Source: Candidatus Altiarchaeota archaeon (GTDB taxonomy: Archaea > Altiarchaeota > Altiarchaeia > IMC4 > SCGC-AAA252-I15). Taken from it: a stretch of 64,000 bases of DNA. Numbering within the stretch: position 1 is the stretch's first letter; every line of letters begins with the position of its first letter. A model generated the notes under the pieces. The model saw nothing but the letters and a program-made list of their open reading frames with translations. It had not been told where the DNA came from and did not search any database. Positions 28,187 to 37,747 of the stretch are shown piece by piece. A program made the position numbers and the translations under genes. The stretch is taken from positions 32,001-96,000 of the forward strand of contig JBDRLL010000010.1 of the NCBI GenBank assembly GCA_043813075.1, written 5' to 3'.

Positions 28187-28633
28187 ATGCTAAAATCCAT
28201 TGTGCTGACATACGGTTCCGCGGGGCTTTTCACGTCCTCACTGCTGGGTTCCACCATATTCTTCCCATTCGCGAGAGAACTGCTGTTCCTGCCGCTCATA
28301 AAGGCTGGCGTAAGCAGGTACAAGATAGTCCTATACTCTGCTGTAGGTTCCGTGTTAGGCACCTACCTGAACTACCTTATAGGCTGGTATGGGATAAAGA
28401 TAGCCTACCGGCACAAGAACAGCACCAGGCTAAACCAGTTCAAACGCTACATAGACAAATACGGGTGGCTCGGGGTGTTCATAATATTCGTATTGCCCCT
28501 TCCACTGCCAGTAGACCCGCTTGCAATACTCATAGGGCTGACTAAGATGGAGTGGAAGCGGTTCCTAATCACAATATTCCTGGCCAAGATAGTGAAGTAC
28601 TCGCTGGCTGTCGGGCTATTCTCCCTGATATAA
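28187..28633 (+). CDS. DedA/YqaA (VTT) membrane protein
   Basis: GSVLGTYLNYLIG, KYGWLG, LPLPVDP, GLTKMEWKRF. Confidence 0.88.
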   Translation: MLKSIVLTYGSAGLFTSSLLGSTIFFPFARELLFLPLIKAGVSRYKIVLYSAVGSVLGTYLNYLIGWYGIKIAYRHKNSTRLNQFKRYIDKYGWLGVFIIFVLPLPLPVDPLAILIGLTKMEWKRFLITIFLAKIVKYSLAVGLFSLI

Positions 28634-28660
28634 ATATGTCCTATTAATCTATGATAGACG

Positions 28661-28903
28661 ATGTCAAACATGCTCTCAGCCATCCTGTCACTCCTGGTTT
28701 TGTGCCTGATATTCGCCTTATTCTACCTGCAGGGATTCCCTGACATACTCCTGGTCGTTGTCGGAGCAGGTTTCCTGCTCGGACTCGCCGCAGTCTACGG
28801 GGAAGTGCATTCACTGGACATCATACTCAAGGACGAGCATCCGGAACCCGACGAGCTGGAGGCAGGACCTGACGCCAGCCGCATAATAAGGATTGACGAT
28901 TAG
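28661..28903 (+). CDS. Small 2-TM hypothetical protein
   Basis: Two hydrophobic segments and an acidic tail. Confidence 0.6.
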   Translation: MSNMLSAILSLLVLCLIFALFYLQGFPDILLVVVGAGFLLGLAAVYGEVHSLDIILKDEHPEPDELEAGPDASRIIRIDD

Positions 28904-29116
28904 CTAGGCTCCAGGCTTAAGGTACTTCAACAATGGAAGGCTATACGCCACAAGGATGACTGCGACACCGACATAGTGCATGGCCCTGTCGTCCATCATC
29001 ATCAGGAATAATCCTAGCATAAACGTTGCCACAAACCATGGGTTGCAGAACGGGCATGACGGCTGGCAAGTCTTTCCCACAGCCACAACCTCCGGCTTAT
29101 TAACGTCGTCAGCCAT
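28904..29116 (-). CDS. Small 2-TM hypothetical protein with CxxxCxxC
   Basis: CQPSCPFC followed by two TM segments; follows 29128..29967. Confidence 0.6.
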   Translation of the reverse strand: MADDVNKPEVVAVGKTCQPSCPFCNPWFVATFMLGLFLMMMDDRAMHYVGVAVILVAYSLPLLKYLKPGA

Positions 29117-29127
29117 GCTAAAAACCC

Positions 29128-29967
29128 TTACTCCTCCTTACCGCCCATGAACAGGCTCAGCGAAATCCCGGTAACCAACGCGACCATCGAGTCTGTGGCA
29201 AAATACTCCAGGGAAAAAAGACTCCCCACAGCATAACTCCCCCAGAAATGCCCTAGCAGAAGTGACAAAGCCAGCCCCACAATGAAAGCGACAGTAAGGT
29301 GGGTGAAGCCCCTATCGTGGTCACGATACCTGTAATAAACGTAAAGGACTGCGGCAACCATGAATACGACAAAGAATCCCAGTCCAACACCGGCACTCGG
29401 TGCGGCAATCGTCTTGGATGAGAACACTCCGAACTCCGCTATCACAAGATAAGCGAGGACTGCGCCAAGGCTCTTATCGTTCTTCATCGTCTTGATGGAC
29501 ATAATCTCCCTGATCCCTGGCATAGAGTACTTTTCGGGCGACACGGAAGCTGCAGCAACCCCCTCAACGCCAGCATCATCTGTCTTCTCCCGCCCTTCAG
29601 TAATATTGACTTTAAGCGTCCTCACAGACCTTAAGGCAGCGTAAATAGCTATGCTCATGGCTATCACCGCAATGATAATCCCTCCTGCACCGAATAGTAC
29701 GGTCTCATTCGTGAAGCCATCCGCGGCAACCCTGGAAAGGAACTTCTGGATGAACTGGTATGATGCAAGACTGACTATGACAAGGAGGAACACCCTCTTC
29801 ATGACGAATATTAATATGCCAGTCAGCTTGTTGACTATGTATACTGCAGTATATGTGGTTATCAGGAGTATCGAGACTGCGAACACGTCGCCAGAGAAGA
29901 CTTTGGTCATGAAGTCAACCAAGTGGTCCAGTACAATGACCATTATAGCATGCGGATCAACCACCAT
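29128..29967 (-). CDS. Multi-pass hypothetical membrane protein
   Basis: About 7 hydrophobic segments. Confidence 0.75.
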   Translation of the reverse strand: MVVDPHAIMVIVLDHLVDFMTKVFSGDVFAVSILLITTYTAVYIVNKLTGILIFVMKRVFLLVIVSLASYQFIQKFLSRVAADGFTNETVLFGAGGIIIAVIAMSIAIYAALRSVRTLKVNITEGREKTDDAGVEGVAAASVSPEKYSMPGIREIMSIKTMKNDKSLGAVLAYLVIAEFGVFSSKTIAAPSAGVGLGFFVVFMVAAVLYVYYRYRDHDRGFTHLTVAFIVGLALSLLLGHFWGSYAVGSLFSLEYFATDSMVALVTGISLSLFMGGKEE

Positions 29968-30054
29968 AAGCCACCACCTTAACTAATGGGATTCCCCATA
30001 TAAACAGTTAAAACCACTGAAAACTATTTAAATAGCGCCTGATAATACTATACC

Positions 30055-30132
30055 ATGAAAGTGGATGTAAAGGACCTACTACTCTTTGTGGTTGGATTGG
30101 CTGTCGGATACCTGGCTGCAGGATACGTATAG
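30055..30132 (+). CDS. 25-aa single-TM micropeptide (not in ORF track)
   Basis: MKVDVKDLLLFVVGLAVGYLAAGYV*; TATA-like TTTAAATA about 25 nt upstream. Confidence 0.55.
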   Translation: MKVDVKDLLLFVVGLAVGYLAAGYV

Positions 30133-30224
30133 GCGCACGCCGTTTTCAATAGGTCACAGCATAATCCCCGCCATAACACCACATATTTTTTATCCTATTG
30201 TTCTAATCAATAAAAACGCTGTTC

Positions 30225-31532
30225 ATGATGGACATACTGTCTTTAATACGCTCAAAGAAGGCGGAGATATTACTTCTAACCTGCTCCCTAATCGTATGCG
30301 CCTCAATACTGGAACTATCATCGGCATGGGTATACTCCCACCATTTCAACAGGGAATTCTCATACCAGTACACTCAAAAAAGAATTACGGACTCACTAAA
30401 CACGACAAGCTTTTCGATAGAGGAAGACTTCGAAAAGAATCTAAAATACGGGGATAAAAAATTCAGCATCCTACACCCCTATATGGGCTACGTGTTATCA
30501 GAGGACTTCCACAGCAACGATTACGGTTTCTACTCAGACGAAATGATAATCCAGAAGTCCTCCGACAAGGTCATAATCGGCATATTCGGCGGATCACTAG
30601 CACTATTCAACTTTAACAACCCCGAAGAACTCAAGAAAGAGCTCAGCAAATCACCACTCTTCCGTGATAAGGACATAAAAGTAGTCGTATTAGCCCTAGT
30701 CGAATACAAGCAGCCTCAGCAGCTAATGGCCTTAAACTACGTTTCAGTCATGGGGGGAGAATTCGACTACGTGATCAACCTCGACGGATTCAATGAAGTA
30801 GTGCTCACACAGGCAGTTAACGTACCCCTTGGCGTGCACCCCATCTTCCCGCACGCGTGGAACATGAGATCTCGCTCCACATCCAGCCCGGACATAATGC
30901 CCCAGTTATACAAGATCCAGGAGATAAAAAAGGATAGGCTATGGTTCACCGAGATGGCCTCGAAAACCCCGTTCAGGCACAGCACATTCTTCCTAACACT
31001 ATGGGAGATCCTAGACCAAGAAAAAGAGAACGAGCTATACTCGGCAAACAACGAGCTAAAGAAAATACTCTCAGATGACAACAAGAAAAGACAGTCGAGG
31101 GGGCCGCTATTTGAATACACGGATTACGATACTCTGGTGTCTGATTCGGTTGACATATGGCGTAGGTCCTCCATGATGATGTCAAAAATCTGCGAGTCGA
31201 AGGGAATGACCTACCTCCACTTCCTACAGCCCAACCAGTATGTAACAGGCTCTAAGAAATACTTCACAGAATATGAGGAGCAGAAATACATCCCAGACAG
31301 CCCCTATGCTATCGCCGCTACGCGAGGTTATCCAGTCCTCCTCTCCCAAGGGAAGTTCCTCCAGCAGCACATAAACTTCTACGACCTGACAATGATATTC
31401 GAGAATGAGACGGAAACAGTATACTACGACTCATGCTGCCATGTTAACCGCTATGGCAAGTCAATAATCACAAAAACGGTGGCGGAAAAGATAATACAGC
31501 AGGAAGCATTGAAGAGACAGTCTGAACGTTAA
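30225..31532 (+). CDS. Membrane-anchored SGNH/GDSL-like protein
   Basis: TM anchor, IGIFGGS, INLDGFNE, FLQPNQ, YYDSCCHVN. Confidence 0.7.
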   Translation: MMDILSLIRSKKAEILLLTCSLIVCASILELSSAWVYSHHFNREFSYQYTQKRITDSLNTTSFSIEEDFEKNLKYGDKKFSILHPYMGYVLSEDFHSNDYGFYSDEMIIQKSSDKVIIGIFGGSLALFNFNNPEELKKELSKSPLFRDKDIKVVVLALVEYKQPQQLMALNYVSVMGGEFDYVINLDGFNEVVLTQAVNVPLGVHPIFPHAWNMRSRSTSSPDIMPQLYKIQEIKKDRLWFTEMASKTPFRHSTFFLTLWEILDQEKENELYSANNELKKILSDDNKKRQSRGPLFEYTDYDTLVSDSVDIWRRSSMMMSKICESKGMTYLHFLQPNQYVTGSKKYFTEYEEQKYIPDSPYAIAATRGYPVLLSQGKFLQQHINFYDLTMIFENETETVYYDSCCHVNRYGKSIITKTVAEKIIQQEALKRQSER

Positions 31533-31534
31533 AG

Positions 31535-32941
31535 TCACCTGAACTTCAGCTTGAATGCGGCGTACAAGCACATCTTTAGGAGTATCAGGCCGTGGGAGAA
31601 TCTTCTTATGTTTGTGTTACCGTAAGACCGCTCCCTATACCTTATGGGAACCTCAATAATCCTCAAACCCATCTTCCACGACCCGAACAACAGGTCGAAG
31701 TCTCCGAAAGGGTCGAAGTCGCCTAAATAATGCCTGCATTCAGCCAGCAACCCGTAATCCCGCCTCGATATGACCTTTGTCCCGCATAAGGTGTCCTTTA
31801 CGGTCTGGCCGAGTATGTATGAGAAGAGCATGCTGAAGACCTTATTCCCCAAGAGGTTCAGCAGCCTCATAGCCTGCTTTTCCTGCGGGTAGACAAGCCT
31901 GCTGCCGTTTATGAACTCCCCCCTGTTTGAAGCCATGGCTTCATAGAATTTAGGCAAGTCGCATGCAGGCACCGTCATGTCTGCGTCATAAATCATGAGC
32001 ACATCCCCTGAGGCGGCTTCAAAGCCCTTGCGCACGGCATCAGCCTTGCCTTCACCATCCTGTCTCATGCACGATATCCTCCTGGACTCGTTCTCCCCCG
32101 CAACCCTTTCAATCTCCTCCCAAGTGCCGTCACTGGAACCACCCTCAACAAATATGAGTTCAGTCCACAAGCCCATGTCAGGCACGGACTCGACTATCCT
32201 GGATATGTTCCCCCTCTCATTCCTAGCGGGGACGACCACCGAAACGCTCATATCAGAGACAGGCTCAACGCCAAGAGGTCTGGCTATGACGTACTGCATA
32301 AGGCACAGCCCCCCGACTACCGGCAGCCTAGCGACAAACCTGTTCACAAAGCCAGAGACTATAGGAATCCTCTTAGGGGCGAGTATCTCCCCACCCCCCC
32401 TTATAGTCTCATAGCCCTCGAGGTAAAGGAGGTTCATTATGTCGTCCGCGGAAAGCCAGTTCTTAACAGGCTCCCACATCTTCAACCCGACTGCCTCACC
32501 AGCCTTTAGGACAGGCTCCCACAGGAAGTTGTGCGTCGTTATCATCACCCTGGTCCTGCTAGTGCAGTTCTGCTTGATGTTCCTCAAAACCTCCTGCACG
32601 TCACCAAACAATCCGACGGTATCTGATATTATTATGTAATCGAACTTCTCGTCCAGGACATAGTCTTCAGCATCCGCTTTCACAAAACTCAAGTGCGGGT
32701 ACTTTGACGACGCTATCCTGATCATCTCCCCACTGAAGTCCACTCCAACACCCCTGGACGGCTTAAGAGCGTCAAGCAGAAACCCTGTGCCACACCCGAT
32801 TTCGAGTATGCTCGCCCCCTCCCGCGTGTGAAACCTGTAGAAGTCTACCACCAGCTTGTTGTAGTACCTGTTCCTCCCTATCCACTCATCCCTACAGCCT
32901 GCCTTAGAATCGAAGAAGACAGACAAATCCCCGTCACTCAC
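31535..32941 (-). CDS. Fusion of class I SAM-methyltransferase and GT2 glycosyltransferase
   Basis: LEIGCGTG...GVDFS; SVVVPARNERGN, VEGGSSDGT, YDADMT, DTLCGTK. Confidence 0.9.
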   Translation of the reverse strand: MSDGDLSVFFDSKAGCRDEWIGRNRYYNKLVVDFYRFHTREGASILEIGCGTGFLLDALKPSRGVGVDFSGEMIRIASSKYPHLSFVKADAEDYVLDEKFDYIIISDTVGLFGDVQEVLRNIKQNCTSRTRVMITTHNFLWEPVLKAGEAVGLKMWEPVKNWLSADDIMNLLYLEGYETIRGGGEILAPKRIPIVSGFVNRFVARLPVVGGLCLMQYVIARPLGVEPVSDMSVSVVVPARNERGNISRIVESVPDMGLWTELIFVEGGSSDGTWEEIERVAGENESRRISCMRQDGEGKADAVRKGFEAASGDVLMIYDADMTVPACDLPKFYEAMASNRGEFINGSRLVYPQEKQAMRLLNLLGNKVFSMLFSYILGQTVKDTLCGTKVISRRDYGLLAECRHYLGDFDPFGDFDLLFGSWKMGLRIIEVPIRYRERSYGNTNIRRFSHGLILLKMCLYAAFKLKFR

Positions 32942-33087
32942 GATAAACCCACCATAACAACTAAAATATCACACCCAATATTTAATAGCAAGCCAACATG
33001 AAAACAAACCAGCCGGGGCGTTCATAATCCCGCCCACAAAAGGATATGGCTTCTGCTGTTATGACAAAATACTGTGGTGAAGTGCAT

Positions 33088-33224
33088 GAGCCCCCGTAGG
33101 GGGCTCTATTCGCTGCGCGTGTCCACGGAGCGAGCCCTGGTTACGGACCCGCTGGGACACTCAAAATCGCTTTGCGATTTTGGTGCGTCGGCAAGCTTTG
33201 CTTGCCGAGCGTTCGAACCCAGGT
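33088..33224 (-). repeat. Duplicated tRNA 3' end (33 bp) interrupted by a 54-bp twin-hairpin insert, plus a distal GTA-loop hairpin
   Basis: 33138-33157 plus 33212-33224 equals 33227-33259; hairpins at 33162-33182, 33188-33208 and 33088-33106. Confidence 0.85.
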
Positions 33225-33232
33225 TTTGGTTA

Positions 33233-33392
33233 CGGACCCGCTGGGATTCGAACCCAGGTCCGGGGATCTCTCCGAATCAATTTATCGACTTCACCGGGCC
33301 ATCGAGGCTTATGCCGAAGATGGCCCATTTGATGAATCTTTTTTAAAGATTCGCCGAAGTCCCCTAGGATGTCCAGACTACCCTACGGGCCC
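33233..33392 (-). tRNA. tRNA-Arg(UCG) with an 86-nt intron at 37/38 (intron 33268-33353)
   Basis: GGGCCCG-TA-GGGTAGTCTGGACATCCT-A-GGGGA-CTTCGG^A-TCCCC-GGAC-CTGGG-TTCGAAT-CCCAG-CGGGTCC-G; BHB formed by the CTTC/GGAG helix with 3-nt bulges and GAATC/GATTC; no encoded CCA. Confidence 0.92.
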
Positions 33393-33436
33393 GTAGGTAT
33401 TATTTTGTGTATTACTTGTATATGAATCTTTAGTTT

Positions 33437-33856
33437 TTATGAGCGCCTCCTCAGGATGCCGTCTTCCAGCTGGCCTATGTCTAACGCCCTGCCCTCGTTC
33501 TTCACCAGCACACGGCCGGAGAGCTCGGATTCCAGGCTTACTGGTTTTTTGTCTATGAAGTCCTCCGCCTGCTTTCGGTCTAGGTTAACAGCTCTCTTCC
33601 ATGCGTTATTGAAGAACAGCTGGATGCAGTGTATGGTGGGCTCCTTCTTTTTTTCATCAGCTATCGGTATGCCGAGGGAGCTCACAGGAAGGCTCCGGAG
33701 GTTCTCGACGCAATCCCGTCCCGCAGCCCACACGAAACCCTCCCCTATGAGTAGGACCATGTCCTTCAATTCCGCCTCATCCAGTCCGTATCTTACTCCA
33801 ATCTCCTTGATCGTCTTCCTCTTCTCCCTGGAGTTCAGTATGAACAGTCCCTTCAC
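33437..33856 (-). CDS. NIP7/PUA-like protein associated with the m5C methyltransferase
   Basis: Overlaps the RsmB/NOP2 gene by 4 nt; 'SSLGIPI...AVNLDRKQAEDFIDKK...VLVKNEGRALDIG'. Confidence 0.6.
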   Translation of the reverse strand: MKGLFILNSREKRKTIKEIGVRYGLDEAELKDMVLLIGEGFVWAAGRDCVENLRSLPVSSLGIPIADEKKKEPTIHCIQLFFNNAWKRAVNLDRKQAEDFIDKKPVSLESELSGRVLVKNEGRALDIGQLEDGILRRRS

Positions 33857-34767
33857 TTCTTCACCATCTTGGCTGTGAAAAACCCTATCGACTCGTTGAT
33901 GAAAGGATATACCCTAACACACTTTGACACGGATTCGTCGAACACCTTCCCCTCCCATTCAACGATTCCCGGCCGCGTCTCCAGACCATCCAGCCTGAAT
34001 TCCTCGACAGTCAAACCCAAGTCTATCGCCGTATCCACTACCGCCTCGTTCTCTTCGGGGGCGTAAGTGCATGTGCTGTACACTAGTGCGCCGCCTTCAG
34101 CCAGCAGTCTCACCGTGTTTTCCATGATCTTCTTCTGTGTCATGGAGTTGCGGCGTATCTTACCAGCACTCCACTGCATCACCGACTCCCGGCTAACCCC
34201 GAACATGCCTTCACCCGAGCATGGGGCGTCCAAGAGTATCTTGTCGAACAACATCCCTGCCTCAATGCTCTCCCTCGCGTCAATGCCGGTTACTACCGCG
34301 TTAAGTATCCCATACTTGCTTAGGTTAAACCTTAATGCGCCAATCCTCCTGTGATTCCCCTCGTTCGCGACAAGAAGGCCCCTGTTGCCCATCAGGGCTG
34401 CCATGTGGGTTGTCTTACCTCCCGGGGATGCGGTCAAGTCCAAGGCGAGTTCCCCTGGCCTGGGTTTTAAGGCTTCCGGGGGGATCATGGAGGCCGCGTC
34501 CTGGATGTAGTAGTGCCCCAGGAAATACTCTAGGGTGCTTGAGAGGCCATCCCCCTCCATGTAAAAACCGGTGCCACACCAAGGCACCCGCTCCAGAGTG
34601 AAACCCGGTTCAAGAGCCTTCAGACAGGCTTTAACGCTTGTTTTGAGGGTGTTCACCCTTATTGACTGTCTCGGCGGGTTAACGCAGGATTCCATCAGCA
34701 ATCCTGCCTCAGAGCCTGTGAGCCTGCTTATCCTATCCTTGAATTCACTGTGAAGTCCTTTAAACAC
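33853..34767 (-). CDS. RsmB/NOP2-family RNA m5C methyltransferase
   Basis: IRVNTLK, IQDAASM, ASPGGKTT, LLDAPCSG, YSTCT..PEENE. Confidence 0.93.
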   Translation of the reverse strand: MFKGLHSEFKDRISRLTGSEAGLLMESCVNPPRQSIRVNTLKTSVKACLKALEPGFTLERVPWCGTGFYMEGDGLSSTLEYFLGHYYIQDAASMIPPEALKPRPGELALDLTASPGGKTTHMAALMGNRGLLVANEGNHRRIGALRFNLSKYGILNAVVTGIDARESIEAGMLFDKILLDAPCSGEGMFGVSRESVMQWSAGKIRRNSMTQKKIMENTVRLLAEGGALVYSTCTYAPEENEAVVDTAIDLGLTVEEFRLDGLETRPGIVEWEGKVFDESVSKCVRVYPFINESIGFFTAKMVKK

Positions 34768-34839
34768 GTTAATACTTTATTTTTATTGCTATAAGGTGAA
34801 TTAGTAAAACCAATTTTATAGTCAATATTTGTGATAAAC

Positions 34840-35292
34840 ATGGAGTATAAGGTAGTTGTATCAGACCCTAAGACAGGGAAGAGTTATCAGATAGAGTTGA
34901 AGGATGAGAATGCGAAGAGAATCAGGCATAGGAAGATAGGCGACTCTATCGAGGGGGCGTTACTCGGGCTGGCAGGATATACTCTCGAGATCACGGGTGG
35001 TTCAGACAAGGGCGGCTTCGCCATGAAGAAAGGCCTACACGACCAGAAGGCTCAGTACGTTTTGGCAAAGGAAGGCATCGGATACAATCCCAAGAGGGAT
35101 GTGCGGGTGAGGAAGCGTATGCGCGGTGAAATCATAAGCGAGGATGTCGTGCAGGTGAACACCAAGATAACGGGGTACGGGCGGAAGACCATCGAAGAGC
35201 TTTTAGGATTGTCTGGGAGTGATGCTTCCGCTGAAGGCGGGGGATCTGCTGGCGAAGGAGAAGCCTCTGAACCAAAGGAAGGGGATGCGTAG
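34840..35292 (+). CDS. rps6e: 30S ribosomal protein S6e
   Basis: [32 protein letters not shown]. Confidence 0.95.
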   Translation: MEYKVVVSDPKTGKSYQIELKDENAKRIRHRKIGDSIEGALLGLAGYTLEITGGSDKGGFAMKKGLHDQKAQYVLAKEGIGYNPKRDVRVRKRMRGEIISEDVVQVNTKITGYGRKTIEELLGLSGSDASAEGGGSAGEGEASEPKEGDA

Positions 35293-35318
35293 AATACACG
35301 GGAGGCCTAGTTCATATC

Positions 35319-36515
35319 ATGCAGTCTGAGGTTAACATAGGGTTGGTTGGGCACGTAGACCATGGGAAGACGACCTTAACTAAGGCTTTGTCTGGCGTCT
35401 GGACCGACAGGCACAGTGAGGAGATCAAGCGTGGCATATCCATAAGACTGGGTTACGCTGACTGCGACTTCTATAAGTGCCAGAAATGCGTTGAACCAGA
35501 CTGCTATTCAACCCAGGAGACTTGCAAGCACTGCGGCAGCAAGGCGGATTTCCTGAGGCGGGTCTCTTTTGTTGATTCTCCAGGTCACGAGACTCTGATG
35601 GCTACAATGCTTTCGGGGGCTGCGCTCATGGATGGTGCGGTGCTTGTGATTGCTGCCAACGAGGAATGCCCTCAGCCCCAGACTGCAGAGCATCTCATAG
35701 CACTTGATAGTCTGGGTGTTAAGAAGGTTGTCATAGCCCAGAACAAGATAGATGTTGTTGACCGGCAGAAGGCGGTTGAAAACTACCGGCAGATACTGGA
35801 ATTCGTTAAGGGCACTTGCGCGGAGAAAGCCCCTATAATCCCTTTGGCTGCTCATTATAACGCTAACGTGGACCTGCTCATCCAGGCCATACAGGACGTC
35901 ATAATAACCCCTGAAAGGGATTTGACCAAGCCGGCTAGGATGAATGTCGCAAGGTCTTTTGACGTGAACCGTCCCGGATCCCCCCTAAAGGATTTGAAGG
36001 GAGGGGTTATAGGCGGGTCCTTGATTCAGGGACAGATAAAGGTGGGTGATGAGATTGAGATACTGCCTGGAGTCAAGAAGAAGAACAACTACAATTCAGT
36101 GACAACAAGGATAACCAGCATAAGCGTTGGAAGCGAGTCACTGGAGACTGCTGAGCCCGGGGGTCTGATAGCGTTCGGCACTGAACTGGACCCTTTCCTC
36201 ACCAAGTCGGACAGTCTGTCTGGTAGTGTGGCTGGCAAGCCTGCTACGCTGCCTCCAGTCAGGGACTCTCTTAGCATCGACGTCACGATGATAGAGCGGC
36301 TGGTGGGTGTGGACGGCAAGGTGCAGCCTCTGGTTAAGGGGGAGCCTCTGATGGTGTCTTCTGGTAGTGCGGTCACCGTCGGGATGGTAGTTAACCCCAA
36401 GGGCGAGTTAAACCTAAAGCTCCCCATATGCGTTGATTCCGGCAGCAAGATAGCGTTAAGCAGGCGTATAGGCGCTAGGTGGCATCTAATCGGCTATGGC
36501 ATCGTTAAAGACTGA
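35319..36515 (+). CDS. eif2g: Translation initiation factor aIF2 gamma
   Basis: [38 protein letters not shown]. Confidence 0.97.
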   Translation: MQSEVNIGLVGHVDHGKTTLTKALSGVWTDRHSEEIKRGISIRLGYADCDFYKCQKCVEPDCYSTQETCKHCGSKADFLRRVSFVDSPGHETLMATMLSGAALMDGAVLVIAANEECPQPQTAEHLIALDSLGVKKVVIAQNKIDVVDRQKAVENYRQILEFVKGTCAEKAPIIPLAAHYNANVDLLIQAIQDVIITPERDLTKPARMNVARSFDVNRPGSPLKDLKGGVIGGSLIQGQIKVGDEIEILPGVKKKNNYNSVTTRITSISVGSESLETAEPGGLIAFGTELDPFLTKSDSLSGSVAGKPATLPPVRDSLSIDVTMIERLVGVDGKVQPLVKGEPLMVSSGSAVTVGMVVNPKGELNLKLPICVDSGSKIALSRRIGARWHLIGYGIVKD

Positions 36516-36518
36516 AGA

Positions 36519-36905
36519 ATGGTGTTGACTATCCTACTTGACACGAATTTCCTCATGACTCCAGTCCAGAATGGGATAGACGTGTTCGCCGAGCTTCCAA
36601 TACTGATTGAGGAAGACTCCCGGCTATGCGTCCCGAAGGCGGTGGTCAGGGAGCTGGAAGGCCTGGCAAAATCGAATAAAGCCGACTCGCCGGCAGCCCG
36701 TGTTGCCTTAAGGCTTATAGAGTCCAATAATCTTGTTCTACTGGATTCCGAGGGCGGGGCTGACGAGTGGATAAAGCAATACTCCCTGGAAAACCGGGGT
36801 AAGGTGCTTGTATGCACAAATGACCGGGAATTAAGGTCTTTCCTTTGTTCTAACGGGGTCGGGGTGGTGTCCACGCGCGGTAAAGGCCGTTTAACACGTT
36901 TTTAA
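36519..36905 (+). CDS. PIN-domain (Fcf1/Utp24-like) ribonuclease
   Basis: LLDTNFL, VVRELE, ADEWI, TNDRELR; conserved position after aIF2 gamma. Confidence 0.9.
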   Translation: MVLTILLDTNFLMTPVQNGIDVFAELPILIEEDSRLCVPKAVVRELEGLAKSNKADSPAARVALRLIESNNLVLLDSEGGADEWIKQYSLENRGKVLVCTNDRELRSFLCSNGVGVVSTRGKGRLTRF

Positions 36906-36971
36906 CCTCGTTTTCCCTAATTCAATACTCATTTTTATTCGATAAATCGAATGTATTGTGAGTGTGTTTGA

Positions 36972-37574
36972 ATGAACAGGATTGTCGCAGCTGAAGACAC
37001 GGTAAGGGTGCCTCCAAGATACTTCAATGAAGTCCTTGAGGATGTGGTTACTCGCGAGCTTGAGGCCATGGTGACAGGCAAGATAAACAAGAAGATAGGT
37101 CTTGTGTTGGCTGTCAACAAGATAATTGATGTTAGTGAGGGGAAGATAATCCACGGTGACGGGGCGATATACTATGACGTCAACTTCGAGGTCCTCGCAT
37201 ACAAGCCTGAAGTTCACGAGGTTGTGGAGGGTTCAGTCACGGAAGTCACGGAATTCGGGGTCTTCGTTAATTTCGGGCCTATCGACGGTCTCATACACGT
37301 GTCTCAGATAACCGAGGACTTCATGAGCTATGATCAGAAGAATTCGATGTTCATCGGGAAAGAGTCAAACAAGTCCTTAAAGCAGGGCGATATGGTTAGG
37401 GCTAGGATTGTTACCGTCAGCATGAAGAACCGTGCTCCAGACTCTAAGATAGGGTTGACGATGAGGCAGCCTTACTTGGGCAAGTTGGAGTGGATTGAGG
37501 ACGATAAGAAGCAGCAGTTAAAGCCTAAGGATGAGAAGCCGCCGTCTAAGGGAAAGAAGGGTGATGCCAAGTGA
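36972..37574 (+). CDS. rpo7: RNA polymerase subunit Rpo7 (E')
   Basis: DTVRVPP, GDGAIY, FGVFVNFGPIDGLIHVSQI, IGLTMRQPYLGK. Confidence 0.96.
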   Translation: MNRIVAAEDTVRVPPRYFNEVLEDVVTRELEAMVTGKINKKIGLVLAVNKIIDVSEGKIIHGDGAIYYDVNFEVLAYKPEVHEVVEGSVTEVTEFGVFVNFGPIDGLIHVSQITEDFMSYDQKNSMFIGKESNKSLKQGDMVRARIVTVSMKNRAPDSKIGLTMRQPYLGKLEWIEDDKKQQLKPKDEKPPSKGKKGDAK

Positions 37575-37747
37575 GGGCGTGTAAGTCGTGCATGCGTCTC
37601 GTCGAGGAGGAGACGTGTCCAGTGTGTAAGACTTCGACGACCCAATACTGGAGCGGATACCTTGCGGTCTTAAGCCCTGAGAAGAGCGAGATATCCAAGA
37701 AGATGGAGATTAAGACTCCCGGCCAGTACGCCCTAAAGGTGAGGTAA
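37571..37747 (+). CDS. spt4: Transcription elongation factor Spt4 (RpoE''), 58 aa (not in ORF track)
   Basis: GTG start; RACKSCMRLVEEETCPVCK...WSGYLAVLSPEKSEISKKMEIKTPGQYALKVR*. Confidence 0.93.
   Translation: MRACKSCMRLVEEETCPVCKTSTTQYWSGYLAVLSPEKSEISKKMEIKTPGQYALKVR

Noticed and set aside
33138-33224. Second complete tRNA with a T-loop intron
   Set aside because: Only the T-arm and acceptor 3' strand are present, with no 5' half, and I could not form a convincing BHB around the insert
33074-33396. ORF-track ORFs 33074..33346 and 33172..33396
   Set aside because: They overlap the tRNA-Arg gene and its duplicated 3' end on the opposite strand and have no protein-like features
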